This document shows, in pieces, positions 10,175 to 20,009 of a DNA stretch of 64,000 nt. The notes under the pieces are model-generated. The model did no database searches. It was not told the DNA's origin and saw nothing but the letters and a program-made list of their open reading frames with translations. The position numbers were made by a program, and so were the translations under genes. The stretch's first letter is position 1. Each line of letters begins with the position of its first letter. Origin of the DNA: Gemmatales bacterium. GTDB taxonomy: Bacteria; Planctomycetota; Planctomycetia; Gemmatales; HRBIN36. The DNA is taken from the NCBI GenBank assembly GCA_041640595.1, contig JBEPZY010000001.1, positions 1,056,001-1,120,000 of the forward strand, in the 5' to 3' direction.

Positions 10175-10256
10175 CCAGTGCCCCGATTTCAAGCCCGGAC
10201 GCATCCGTGCCAATGGCGTTCTTCCGATGGTCTGCACACTAGGCGAGAATAACGCT

Positions 10257-10850
10257 ATGGCGCGCCAGGCCCACATACAGCGGCAAACTGCCGAAACGTC
10301 TATTGACCTGCTCCTCGATCTCGATGGCACGGGTCGAGCTGAGATTCAGACCGGTATTGGTTTTTTCGACCACATGCTCCAGCTTTTGGCCCGCCATGCT
10401 CTGTTCGACCTGCGGGTTCAGGCACGTGGGGACCTGCACGTGGATGCTCACCACACGGTTGAGGATGTTGGCATCTGTCTGGGTCGGGCTCTCGCAGAAG
10501 CGTTAGGCGACAAGACCAACATCCGCCGATATGGTCATGCCCTGGTGCCCATGGACGAAACACTGGTGACCGCAGTCGTTGATTTGAGCGGACGGGCTTA
10601 TTTGGTCTGGCAGGTGGACATGCCCCGACAACAACTGGGCCAGTTCGACAGTGAATTGACCCAGGATTTCTGGCAAGCAGTAGTGCAACATGCAGCGATG
10701 AATTTACATGTGCTTTGCCACTATGGCCGAAATGTTCACCACATCGTCGAAGCGGTGTTCAAAGCAGCAGCCCGTGCCTTACGCGATGCCGTCGAAATTG
10801 ACCCGCGGGGCGGTGGTATTCCCTCGACCAAGGGCAGCCTGACCGGCTAA
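10257..10850 (+). CDS. hisB: Imidazoleglycerol-phosphate dehydratase
   Basis: TGIGFFDHML, DAHHTVED, PMDE, NVHHIVEAVFK and PSTKG. Confidence 0.97.
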   Translation: MARQAHIQRQTAETSIDLLLDLDGTGRAEIQTGIGFFDHMLQLLARHALFDLRVQARGDLHVDAHHTVEDVGICLGRALAEALGDKTNIRRYGHALVPMDETLVTAVVDLSGRAYLVWQVDMPRQQLGQFDSELTQDFWQAVVQHAAMNLHVLCHYGRNVHHIVEAVFKAAARALRDAVEIDPRGGGIPSTKGSLTG

Positions 10851-10982
10851 CCGCCGGGCTAGCCGTGAAAGATAACTGCCAGGCCAGCCGTGCCTCTGTG
10901 TGTCGGTATCCGCCCAGCTTTGGCGAAGCAACAGTCCCACGAACTTGAAGAAAACCAGGCCCATAGTTGCCAGCCAGCAGCG

Positions 10983-11396
10983 TCACGGCGGCGGCAAATT
11001 CGTTTGTCCGTAACTGCGTAATTCCTGCGCTGATTGCAACAATTGTTCGCGGGAGATGGCTGGCGGAAGCTGAAGCTGGTAGGTCAACTCCCGGTAATAG
11101 CGAATGCGGAAGGGCCAGACCACTTCCGCGAAAAAGTCGAAGGGAAATCGCAAGTACCACGGTGGGCGTAGCTCCTGACGAACACGCAACGGTTCGTAAC
11201 CGTCTTTGCGCAGTACGATTTCGTAGGCCCCATCGTAAACGAACAGGTCATCGGGAACGTCAACCGGTGCGGCTCCAATATCGCGATTATTGACGGTGAC
11301 CAGCGCCCCAGGTGGATCGGAAACGATGGTCAGCCGCCGTTCGACGCACCCATTTAGTGCCAGCAGGAGGACAATCAGCATCAGGATTCGGCACAT
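10983..11396 (-). CDS. PEGA-domain lipoprotein
   Basis: Lipoprotein-like signal ending LNGC, then VERRLTIVSDPPGALVTVN...YEIVLRKDGY. Confidence 0.8.
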   Translation of the reverse strand: MCRILMLIVLLLALNGCVERRLTIVSDPPGALVTVNNRDIGAAPVDVPDDLFVYDGAYEIVLRKDGYEPLRVRQELRPPWYLRFPFDFFAEVVWPFRIRYYRELTYQLQLPPAISREQLLQSAQELRSYGQTNLPPP

Positions 11397-11583
11397 GGTC
11401 GCTGGCTTATTTTTGCTCCCGTGGGCAGTCGGTTTCCCGTCTCGGCAACAGTTGGGCCCAGGCGAATGGCCCCGTGCAGTGAAGTGCCAAGTTGCAACAC
11501 TTCGCCGACGCATAACGAACCCACCTCTTCCTGTCAAGCACAAGGGCCGCCGGCATGATACCTTTGGGTGGTAAGACACCATG

Positions 11584-12159
11584 CTACCGGGCGAGCTCGG
11601 AAGTCGGCTTGGGCCACAACAACCAAAGCACCAACCAGGCGACCATAGCAGGAGCGAAACCGTATTTTCCGAGCATCCACAAACGCCGTTGTGATTCCGC
11701 CAAGCGACTTTGTTCCAGCAATTCCCTCCACGTTTCTGGTGTCAGCCGACACAACGCCACCCCGGCAAACATCAACTTCGGGCCTTCCGGCAACTCCAGG
11801 ATGACCGATTCTGTGTACACGTCGTAGATGATCTGGCGATCGCGCAGGAATTGTGGTGTTGGTGTCCAGGAACCATCGGGCCAGACTTGCCGCAACCAGG
11901 AGGCAATCTGTTCAGCGGCTTTTTGTTGCGCACACTCGATGGCCTCCTGGCGCCGACTGGCCAATTCAGTTCGCTCCACTCGCACCTCCCACGTATAGGC
12001 AGTAGTTGTTTCCGCCGCTCCGCCCCGCGCCGACGGAAGCAAAACGATCAGCCCAACTCCAAACATGCTCACCCAGGCTGATGGCTTTTTTGACTGACGC
12101 ATCCGGCAGCTTGAGTTACGCCATCGCCATCGCATGATCCGCAGTACCTTCTTATTCAC
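11584..12159 (-). CDS. Hypothetical membrane-anchored protein
   Basis: Hydrophobic segments near both termini. Co-oriented between the kinase and PEGA genes. Start uncertain. Confidence 0.6.
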   Translation of the reverse strand: MNKKVLRIMRWRWRNSSCRMRQSKKPSAWVSMFGVGLIVLLPSARGGAAETTTAYTWEVRVERTELASRRQEAIECAQQKAAEQIASWLRQVWPDGSWTPTPQFLRDRQIIYDVYTESVILELPEGPKLMFAGVALCRLTPETWRELLEQSRLAESQRRLWMLGKYGFAPAMVAWLVLWLLWPKPTSELAR

Positions 12160-12246
12160 CGGTCCGCCAGATTCTCAGTTTGAGACCGGGCAGAGCAATC
12201 GCCGGTGTATCGCCGAAAAGCCGAACCGACACAGTTGTTTCAGGTC

Positions 12247-13806
12247 TCACCGCTGCACCCCTTGTCGGGGACTGGCGAGTTGCAGTACGACACTGGTCAA
12301 GGCCACGGCTGCGATTTTCGGCCATTCCCGTTCCCACGAAAGTCTTTCCCAGTATTGCCAGAACCAGACCAGCAGCCCCGCCAGGAAAGCGACAAGGATG
12401 ACCGGGTCCCATGTAAAGCGTACCCGTCGATCTCGCCGCATCAAATTCTCCCACGGCGTGAGCAGGAACAATATGCCAAAAAACGCAGCATCCCGCAGTC
12501 CGCACCGTGCCATGCTGTAAGCGATTGCCTGCTCTTGCAACTCCAGCGTAGGCAGGCGAGGCTTTTCCCACAACCAGGCAAAACCAGCAAGCCAGGCACC
12601 TGCCACTCCTAGAACCATACCCAGCACCAGTCGGACCAGGCACCGCACCCAGACTTCCGGAAGCCCCCTGTCCCACCACAGCCGCTGCAGCGACAGCAAG
12701 GGCCAGGCACTGAGCAGGGCGAAACTCCCCACCCAAATAAAGGTGTCTGTGGGAACGTCCCGGCGTAAATTCCACCCGACCACCGCCATAAATACTGTCA
12801 GGATCACCGCACTGATTGCGCTGGCTAGTAAGGAATTCAACAATGCCAGCCCCCGGCTGGTTGTCGCATCCGCACTGGCATTTGCGCTCGATTTAACAGG
12901 AGCCCGACCAGCTGCCGGAGCGGCTTTCGGCCTGTCTGGGGAAATTGGTTTCTGCGCTGGTTGCATACGATCTGTCGGTTCAGCTCTGGCCGGACTGGCC
13001 TGGATTTGTGAAATCGCATCGCACAAATGTTGAGCCAGCTCGCCTACGCTGGTAAAGCGCGCCCTTGGATCTTTCGCCAGGGCAGTGCGTAAAACCGGCA
13101 CGACCGCAGCGGGGACCCTCGACCAGTCGGGTTCATCCGTCAAGTGGCGAAGCAGTACTTCCTGCACCGATTGGCCCGTAAAAGGCAACTGTCCGGTGAG
13201 CAGCTGAAAAGCCAGCACTCCTGCCGCGTACACGTCCACGCCATGGTCGTAGCGGCCCTGGGCCATCTCCGGAGCCATGTAGTACGCCGTGCCGATAGCG
13301 CTATGCTGTTCGCTCATCCTGCCGGCGATCGCTTTGCTCAAACCATAATCACCAACCTTGACCCATTCCTCGCGGTCCCAATCGGCCAGGAAAATATTGC
13401 TGGGCTTCAGGTCGCGGTGCAGGATACCGTGCTGGTGCAGAAAATCGAGAGCTTTCGCCAATTGCTGAAACCAGCAGGCCACACGTTCCGGTGACAAACC
13501 CTGCGGATGCTGCTGCAAAATTGCCGACCAGGTAGGCCCGGCCAGGTATTCCATGATCAACCACCAGTTGCCATCACCTGCCTGACGCAGGTCGTAAACG
13601 GTCACCAGATGCGGATGATTCAGATTGAGGCAAGCCTGGATCCCGCGCAATTCGATTTCCGGTTCACGGCACAAAAGCTTGAGCGCAACCTCCTTGCCGG
13701 CATCGGAAACAGCATAGTACACCTCCCCGAAACCACCGGAGCCCAGACCGTGCTTGATGGTGTAAGGCTCAACAGGTCGGCTGCCTGGTGCGTATGCAAA
13801 CGCCAT
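12247..13806 (-). CDS. Hanks-type Ser/Thr protein kinase with C-terminal multi-pass membrane domain
   Basis: GSGGFG, VALK, HRDLKPSN, DYG and GTAYYMAPE, then a Pro/Ala linker and about 6 hydrophobic helices. Confidence 0.93.
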   Translation of the reverse strand: MAFAYAPGSRPVEPYTIKHGLGSGGFGEVYYAVSDAGKEVALKLLCREPEIELRGIQACLNLNHPHLVTVYDLRQAGDGNWWLIMEYLAGPTWSAILQQHPQGLSPERVACWFQQLAKALDFLHQHGILHRDLKPSNIFLADWDREEWVKVGDYGLSKAIAGRMSEQHSAIGTAYYMAPEMAQGRYDHGVDVYAAGVLAFQLLTGQLPFTGQSVQEVLLRHLTDEPDWSRVPAAVVPVLRTALAKDPRARFTSVGELAQHLCDAISQIQASPARAEPTDRMQPAQKPISPDRPKAAPAAGRAPVKSSANASADATTSRGLALLNSLLASAISAVILTVFMAVVGWNLRRDVPTDTFIWVGSFALLSAWPLLSLQRLWWDRGLPEVWVRCLVRLVLGMVLGVAGAWLAGFAWLWEKPRLPTLELQEQAIAYSMARCGLRDAAFFGILFLLTPWENLMRRDRRVRFTWDPVILVAFLAGLLVWFWQYWERLSWEREWPKIAAVALTSVVLQLASPRQGVQR

Positions 13807-14045
13807 AGTCGGTCTCCGTAACATCCGATGCGTTCCCCGCGAATCGCAAATGTTCCGTCACTCAATCCCCGCGGAAAAGCACTATTTCCTCGGTTCGAGG
13901 TTGTGGGCAGCATGACAAAAAGGTTTCAGCGGCTCGCCTGCTCTGTAAGATTATTCGCAGCAGGCCGACCATTCTTAGCCACGGATAATTTCAAGGGTGG
14001 CATTCACGGCGGGCCTGGCGTTTTCCTAGTCGCCAGTCGGTCAGA

Positions 14046-16682
14046 GTGAACGACAATCAATATCAGCTGGCGTCCACGATGCATCCGGCAAACGACATCG
14101 AGCGAGCAAACCTGACACCGATGATGCAACAGTATCGGGACATCAAGGCACGCCATCCCGATATGTTGCTATTATTCCGGCTGGGCGACTTTTACGAGCT
14201 GTTTTACGAGGATGCGTTAACGGCCTCGCGAGTTCTGCAATTGACGCTGACCAGCCGCGACAAGCAGGTACCGATGGCTGGCTTTCCCCATCATGCACTG
14301 GATCAGCAGCTGCGGCGGTTGTTGCAGGCAGGTTTTCGCGTCGCCGTGTGCGAACAGGTAGAAGACCCAGCGACCGCCAAAGGACTGGTGCGGCGGGAAG
14401 TGGTCCGCATTGTTACGCCAGGCACCCTTACCGAAGATGCCCTGCTCGACCCACAGCGTCCCAATTATCTATCGGCGGTCTGGCCAGGTGAACGCCTTGC
14501 CGGTCTGGCCTGGGTAGAGCTTTCCACCGGACAAATGTGGGCCGCTGATCTTCCCACCGAACGGCTGGTAGATGAATTGTTACGCCTGGAACCGGCGGAA
14601 TTAATCCTGCCCGATGGCGCGGTACCTTCCTGGCTGTCGCAGGTGCAGGCACAGTGGCCGAGCCTGAGCTTGACCTATCGACCGGTCTGGACTTTTGAAA
14701 TTCGCAGTGCCCTGGAGGCGTTGCGGCAGCAGTTGCGGGTCGTATCGCTGGAAAGTTTCGGTTTCGAGGAGACGCAAATCTGTTTACAGGCCGCTGGTGC
14801 TTTAGTGCGGTATTTACAGGAGACGTTGAAGACTCAGCCGGGACATCTGACCCGGTTACGCCCTTACCGTAGCGGCGAAGTATTACATCTGGACGCGGTA
14901 ACGCGTCGAAGCCTGGAACTGGTGCGTACCTTGCGCGAAGGGCGGCGGGAAGGTTCTTTGCTGGCCGCGATCGATCGCACCGTAACGCCCATGGGGGCTC
15001 GATTGTTGCAGGACTGGTTGCTGGCTCCTCTTACCGACCCGCAGGCTATTATTGATCGCCTCGATGCCGTTGGCGAATTGAAGGAAAAACCGACCTGGCG
15101 GCGACAGATACGCAACCTGCTCGGAAGGCTATACGACTTGCAACGGCTCACCAGCCGGATCAGCACCGGGCGTGCTTCGCCGCGTGATCTGGTGGCTGTT
15201 AGTGCTACCCTGCGAGTTTTGCCGGAGTTGTTAGCGCGTCTGGAGGAAGCCCAGGCACCGGCACTGAAACTGATTCGCAGTCAATTGCATCTGTTGCCGG
15301 ACTTACAAACGGAACTGGAACGCGCTCTGGTTGAGGCACCACCACTCAGCCCGAGGGAAGGCGGATTAATTCGCGACGGCTATCATGCCGAATTAGACCG
15401 ACTCCGTGAGCTGTCACGCGGCGGCAAGGCCTGGATAGCTCAATTCCAGGCGCGCGAAATTGCCCGCACTGGCATCCCGTCGTTAAAAGTCGGATTTAAC
15501 CGCGTCTTCGGTTACTACATCGAAGTTACTCATGCACATGCTGATAAAATCCCTCCCGATTACCAGCGCAAGCAGACGCTCAAAAACGCAGAGCGCTACA
15601 TTACCGAGGAACTCAAACAGTACGAGGACCAGGTGCTACGGGCCGAGGAACGCGCTTGTGCACTGGAGTATGAGTTGTTCGTGCAACTCCGCGAACGCAC
15701 CGCCTCCGTAGCACCGCAATTGATTGAAACAGCGGAAGCGCTGGCGCGTTTGGATGTGCTGGCCGGACTGGCGGAACTGGCCGACCTGAACCATTATTGC
15801 CGACCGGAAGTCGTTACCGAACCTGTGCTGTGCCTGCGTAATGCTCGCCATCCCGTTCTCGAGCAGATTCTGCCCGCCGGCACTTTTGTGCCCAACGATG
15901 TCAGCCTGTCGCCAGAAAATGGCTTTCTGTGGCTGATCACCGGACCGAACATGTCCGGCAAATCCACGTTCATCCGGCAGACGGCCCTGCTCGTGCTTCT
16001 GGCCCAGATGGGAAGTTTCGTTCCCGCCGAGAGCGCCCGTGTCGGTATCGTGGATCGCATTTTCACCCGCGTCGGTGCCAGCGACGACGTGGCTCGAGGC
16101 CAGAGCACGTTCCTTGTGGAGATGACAGAAACGGCCAACATCCTGCATAATGCGACTCCGCGCAGTCTGGTCATTTTGGACGAAATCGGTCGCGGCACCA
16201 GTACCTATGACGGACTGGCAATCGCCTGGGCGGTGGCAGAGTATATCCACAACGTTATCGGTTGCCGGACACTTTTCGCCACGCACTACCATGAACTGAC
16301 CCAGCTAGCAGAAGCCCTGTCGGGACTGCGCAACTACCAGGCCGCGGTACACGAAGAAAGTGGCAGAATCGTGTTTCTGCATCGTATCCTGTCCGGTGCT
16401 GCCGATCGCAGTTACGGTGTGCACGTAGCGGAACTGGCGGGTTTGCCGCAAGCCGTTATTGCCCGTGCTCGTCAAATCCTGACACGTCTGGAAAGCCAGC
16501 ATGAAGCCAGCGCAACCGCAGTGCGGCAAAGTCGCCCAGCCCGTGGCTCATGGCGCTACTCGACCCGGCTCAGCAAAACGGCTCATTCAGCGGAGCTACT
16601 ATTCAATCTGGGCCACGACTCGGCAAGCGACCCGTTGTATTCCCCAGCGCCCTCGGAAGCGGAGAGCGAACGGCAGGAGTGA
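14046..16682 (+). CDS. mutS: DNA mismatch repair protein MutS
   Basis: TPMMQQY, FRLGDFYELF, TGPNMSGKST, STFLVEM, DEIGRGT and FATHYHEL. Confidence 0.98.
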   Translation: MNDNQYQLASTMHPANDIERANLTPMMQQYRDIKARHPDMLLLFRLGDFYELFYEDALTASRVLQLTLTSRDKQVPMAGFPHHALDQQLRRLLQAGFRVAVCEQVEDPATAKGLVRREVVRIVTPGTLTEDALLDPQRPNYLSAVWPGERLAGLAWVELSTGQMWAADLPTERLVDELLRLEPAELILPDGAVPSWLSQVQAQWPSLSLTYRPVWTFEIRSALEALRQQLRVVSLESFGFEETQICLQAAGALVRYLQETLKTQPGHLTRLRPYRSGEVLHLDAVTRRSLELVRTLREGRREGSLLAAIDRTVTPMGARLLQDWLLAPLTDPQAIIDRLDAVGELKEKPTWRRQIRNLLGRLYDLQRLTSRISTGRASPRDLVAVSATLRVLPELLARLEEAQAPALKLIRSQLHLLPDLQTELERALVEAPPLSPREGGLIRDGYHAELDRLRELSRGGKAWIAQFQAREIARTGIPSLKVGFNRVFGYYIEVTHAHADKIPPDYQRKQTLKNAERYITEELKQYEDQVLRAEERACALEYELFVQLRERTASVAPQLIETAEALARLDVLAGLAELADLNHYCRPEVVTEPVLCLRNARHPVLEQILPAGTFVPNDVSLSPENGFLWLITGPNMSGKSTFIRQTALLVLLAQMGSFVPAESARVGIVDRIFTRVGASDDVARGQSTFLVEMTETANILHNATPRSLVILDEIGRGTSTYDGLAIAWAVAEYIHNVIGCRTLFATHYHELTQLAEALSGLRNYQAAVHEESGRIVFLHRILSGAADRSYGVHVAELAGLPQAVIARARQILTRLESQHEASATAVRQSRPARGSWRYSTRLSKTAHSAELLFNLGHDSASDPLYSPAPSEAESERQE

Positions 16683-16687
16683 TTGGT

Positions 16688-17464
16688 ATGAGCGAACTTG
16701 TTGTAACACATATCGAGAAACCGGCTACCATCATAACGTTGAACCGGCCCGACAAACGTAACGCTCTCAATCGTGCCCTGGTAACAGCGTTGACGGAAGC
16801 ATTTCAACGGGCGATTGCCGAGCCACACAGCCGGGCGATTATTCTCACGGCTAACGGCCCGGCTTTTTGCGCAGGCATGGATTTGCAGGAACTGGCAGAC
16901 ACTCTCGACAGCCCCAACGAAGCAGAGCAGGTGCACGCCGACACACAACGCCTGGCTCAACTGTACGAACTCATCTACACCTGTCCCAAACCCACGATTG
17001 CTGCGGTGCCGGGCCCGGCAGTGGCTGGTGGGGCAGGTCTGGTGGCCGTTTGCGATCTGGCCATCGCTTCACCGCGAGCTAGTTTCGGCTATCCGGAAGT
17101 GCGTCGGGGTCTGGTGGCCGCGATGGTATTGCCTCACTTATTGCGGCTGGTCGGTGAACGGATTGCCCGGGAGTTACTGCTAGGCGGCGAACTGATAGAT
17201 GCTCAGCGGGCGTATCAGGTGGGTCTGGTAAATGCTGTTGTCCGTGAAGAAGACTTGCTGCCGACGGCTCTGGAGTGGGCACGCCGTTGCGCTCTGGGCG
17301 GACCACAAGCCCTGGCCAGAACCAAGGAGTTACTGCGCAGGTTTTCTCCTTTTGCCTCATCGGCGCAGGCGGTGAACGAGAGCGCTACCGCTCGCCTGCA
17401 GGTCGAATGTCGGACAGGATTGCGTGCCTTTCTGGAGAAACGTCCCGCTCCCTGGGTAGATTAA
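16688..17464 (+). CDS. Enoyl-CoA hydratase/isomerase (methylglutaconyl-CoA hydratase-like)
   Basis: LNRPDKRNAL, FCAGMDL, AVAGGAGL and PEVRRG. Confidence 0.9.
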   Translation: MSELVVTHIEKPATIITLNRPDKRNALNRALVTALTEAFQRAIAEPHSRAIILTANGPAFCAGMDLQELADTLDSPNEAEQVHADTQRLAQLYELIYTCPKPTIAAVPGPAVAGGAGLVAVCDLAIASPRASFGYPEVRRGLVAAMVLPHLLRLVGERIARELLLGGELIDAQRAYQVGLVNAVVREEDLLPTALEWARRCALGGPQALARTKELLRRFSPFASSAQAVNESATARLQVECRTGLRAFLEKRPAPWVD

Positions 17465-17596
17465 CAATGGAGCCAGTCCGCCAGGAGCAGCAGGAAACTT
17501 TGCCCTACGCGGCGCATTGGGTGCAGGACGAACTAGCATTTTCCTAAAGCCAGACGGTTTGTAAGCTCCCCTGCAGGTCAGCCGGAGGAAGAAACG

Positions 17597-19273
17597 ATGG
17601 CGGGGTCTCCCTGGGTAGATGGATTGACCTTTGGGCAGGTTCTCGAAAGTACGGTGCGACGCTGGCCCGACGGTGAAGCAATGGTCTTTCCTCAGCTGGG
17701 CTACCGTTGCCGCTGGCGAGAGTTTGCAGAAGAAGTAGAGCGCGCTGCTCGATCGCTGTTGGCTCTCGGTGTGCAACCGCAGGAACATATCGGCATTTGG
17801 GCCACCAATTGGCCGCAGTGGGTGATCTTACAATTCGCCACCGCTACCGTGGGGGCAGTGCTGGTTAACATCAACCCCGCCTACCGCTCGCATGAACTCG
17901 AATACGTCCTCAACCAGGCCGACATCACCACACTCTTTCTTACCGACCGCTTCAAACAGTCGGATTACTTTGCCATCCTGGCGGAGTTGTGCCCGGAATT
18001 GCACCAGCACCCGTTAACGGATCGCCCAGCCGTTCGTTGCCCGCGATTGCGACGGGTCATCAGCATTCAATCCTCGAAATTGCCAGGGATGTACAACTGG
18101 CAGGAATTCCTGGCACTCGCCGACAGAGTTTCCCCCGAGGCAGTTCGTCAGCGTGCCGCATCGGTTCAACCTCACGACGTGGTGAATATCCAGTACACCT
18201 CTGGTACCACAGGCTTCCCGAAAGGTGCAATGCTAACGCACCGAAATTTGCTGATGAACGCCTACTACGTCGGGGAGCGCCTGGCCATGACCGAAAAAGA
18301 CCGACTGTGCATACCCGTCCCATTTTATCACTGTTTCGGCTGTGTTATGGGTACGCTGATGTGCGTCATTTACGGAACGACGATGGTGATACCTGCCGAG
18401 GTGTTTGATCCCCTGGCTACCTTACAGGCAATCCAGCAGGAACGTTGCACGGCTGTGTACGGAGTTCCGACGATGTTTCTGGCGGAGCTGAATCATCCCC
18501 GCTTTGGCGAATTTGACCTGCGAAGTTTACGCACCGGCATCATGGCTGGCAGCCCGTGTCCAATCGAACTGATGCGGCAGGTCGTCGAAAAAATGGAGTG
18601 TCGCGAAATCACCATTGCGTATGGCCTGACCGAGGCCTCGCCAGTAATCACCCAAACACGCACCACCGATAGCCTGGAACATCGCGTCGGTACCGTTGGC
18701 CAACCTTTGCCGGGACTGGAGGTGCGAATTGTGCGGCCGGGAACCTGGGAAGATGTGCCTGTTGGCCAGCCCGGAGAATTGGTCGTTCGCGGTCACAGTG
18801 TCATGAAAGGTTATTACAACAAGCCGAAAGAAACTGCCGAAGTGCTGAGCCCCGATGGTTGGCTTCGCACCGGTGATCTGGCCACGCAAACCCCCGATGG
18901 CTATTTCCGCATCACCGGGCGTATCAAAGACATGATTATTCGCGGTGGCGAGAACATTTATCCGCGGGAGATCGAAGAATTCCTGCTTCAGCACCCGCAG
19001 ATTCTCGACGTGCAGGTGGTCGGGTTGCCGGACGAAAAATACGGCGAGGAGGTCAGTGCCTGGATACGATTGCGGCCTGGAGCCACGCTTACGGAAGAGC
19101 AGGTTCGGGAATTTTGCCGGGGCCGAATCGCCCACTACAAGATTCCCCGCTACGTCGTTTTCGTAGAACAGTACCCCACGACCGTTACCGGCAAAATCCA
19201 GAAATTCAAACTCCGGGAAATGGGCATCCAGCGTTTCGGTTTGGAACGCGCTGCCCGTATCGAGACCGCCTGA
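17597..19273 (+). CDS. AMP-dependent acyl-CoA synthetase
   Basis: YTSGTTGFPKG, YGLTE, RTGDL, IIRGGENIYPREIE and TGKIQK. Confidence 0.95.
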   Translation: MAGSPWVDGLTFGQVLESTVRRWPDGEAMVFPQLGYRCRWREFAEEVERAARSLLALGVQPQEHIGIWATNWPQWVILQFATATVGAVLVNINPAYRSHELEYVLNQADITTLFLTDRFKQSDYFAILAELCPELHQHPLTDRPAVRCPRLRRVISIQSSKLPGMYNWQEFLALADRVSPEAVRQRAASVQPHDVVNIQYTSGTTGFPKGAMLTHRNLLMNAYYVGERLAMTEKDRLCIPVPFYHCFGCVMGTLMCVIYGTTMVIPAEVFDPLATLQAIQQERCTAVYGVPTMFLAELNHPRFGEFDLRSLRTGIMAGSPCPIELMRQVVEKMECREITIAYGLTEASPVITQTRTTDSLEHRVGTVGQPLPGLEVRIVRPGTWEDVPVGQPGELVVRGHSVMKGYYNKPKETAEVLSPDGWLRTGDLATQTPDGYFRITGRIKDMIIRGGENIYPREIEEFLLQHPQILDVQVVGLPDEKYGEEVSAWIRLRPGATLTEEQVREFCRGRIAHYKIPRYVVFVEQYPTTVTGKIQKFKLREMGIQRFGLERAARIETA

Positions 19274-19382
19274 TTACAGCGGTTCGCTCGACGCTTGTGA
19301 TAGATGATCTGCAGCCCACAAAGGACGCACTCAGGCCGTTGATGCAGTTACCTGAAATCGCAACCGGATGCAGTAACCGCAA

Positions 19383-19667
19383 TCACGCCACTGGTGGGTT
19401 GCTTTCCTCAAATTTCGGTGCTGTCGGGGTAATCCGTTGCGGGGGCGCCGGAGGCTCGGTGCGATTACTCACACTTGGGCCGTAGCTGGTTGGTGCCGGT
19501 GGCTCCACATCTTCTTCGATGCCTCGCAATCCTTTCTTGAACTCGACGATGCCCTTGCCGAGATAGCGACCGACTTCCGGCAACCGTCGCCCAAACAGCA
19601 ATACGCCCACGATCAGGATGATAATCAGCTCCGGTGTTCCCAGGTTGAACGCAAGCGGCCAGTGCAT
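19383..19667 (-). CDS. tatA: Twin-arginine translocase TatA/E subunit
   Basis: PELIIILIVGVLLFG-RRLPEVGRYLGKGIVEFKKG. Confidence 0.92.
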   Translation of the reverse strand: MHWPLAFNLGTPELIIILIVGVLLFGRRLPEVGRYLGKGIVEFKKGLRGIEEDVEPPAPTSYGPSVSNRTEPPAPPQRITPTAPKFEESNPPVA

Positions 19668-20009
19668 AGGTCTCTCTCCTCAGTACAGTCCAGTTTCTCG
19701 CAGTGAGCCAGAGGCGACCTGCCAGGCGCTGTCTTCGCCCGGCTCTGTTAGTAGTATACGCGCCAAAGGGCGGATTGTTCAGTGCTTAAACCTGTCCCGC
19801 ATGGAGGGCTGCGCCGGAAGGGCCATGCAACGATTATTAACCCCCGGGCTCCGTTCGCATTCCCATTGCTCCAGGCGGTAGTTGCCCGCAACAACGCGCG
19901 AACACTCCGCAGACCACATCGCAGCGCTCGCCGACACAGGCTTGGTCGCAGCTAGGAAAATAATGGTGAAGCCATAGCAAGAACCTCCGCCGATATTCTG
20001 GCATCGCCC

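Noticed and set aside
17467..17547. 26-aa ORF between the hydratase and acyl-CoA synthetase genes
   Set aside because: No clear RBS or motif, so it cannot be supported.
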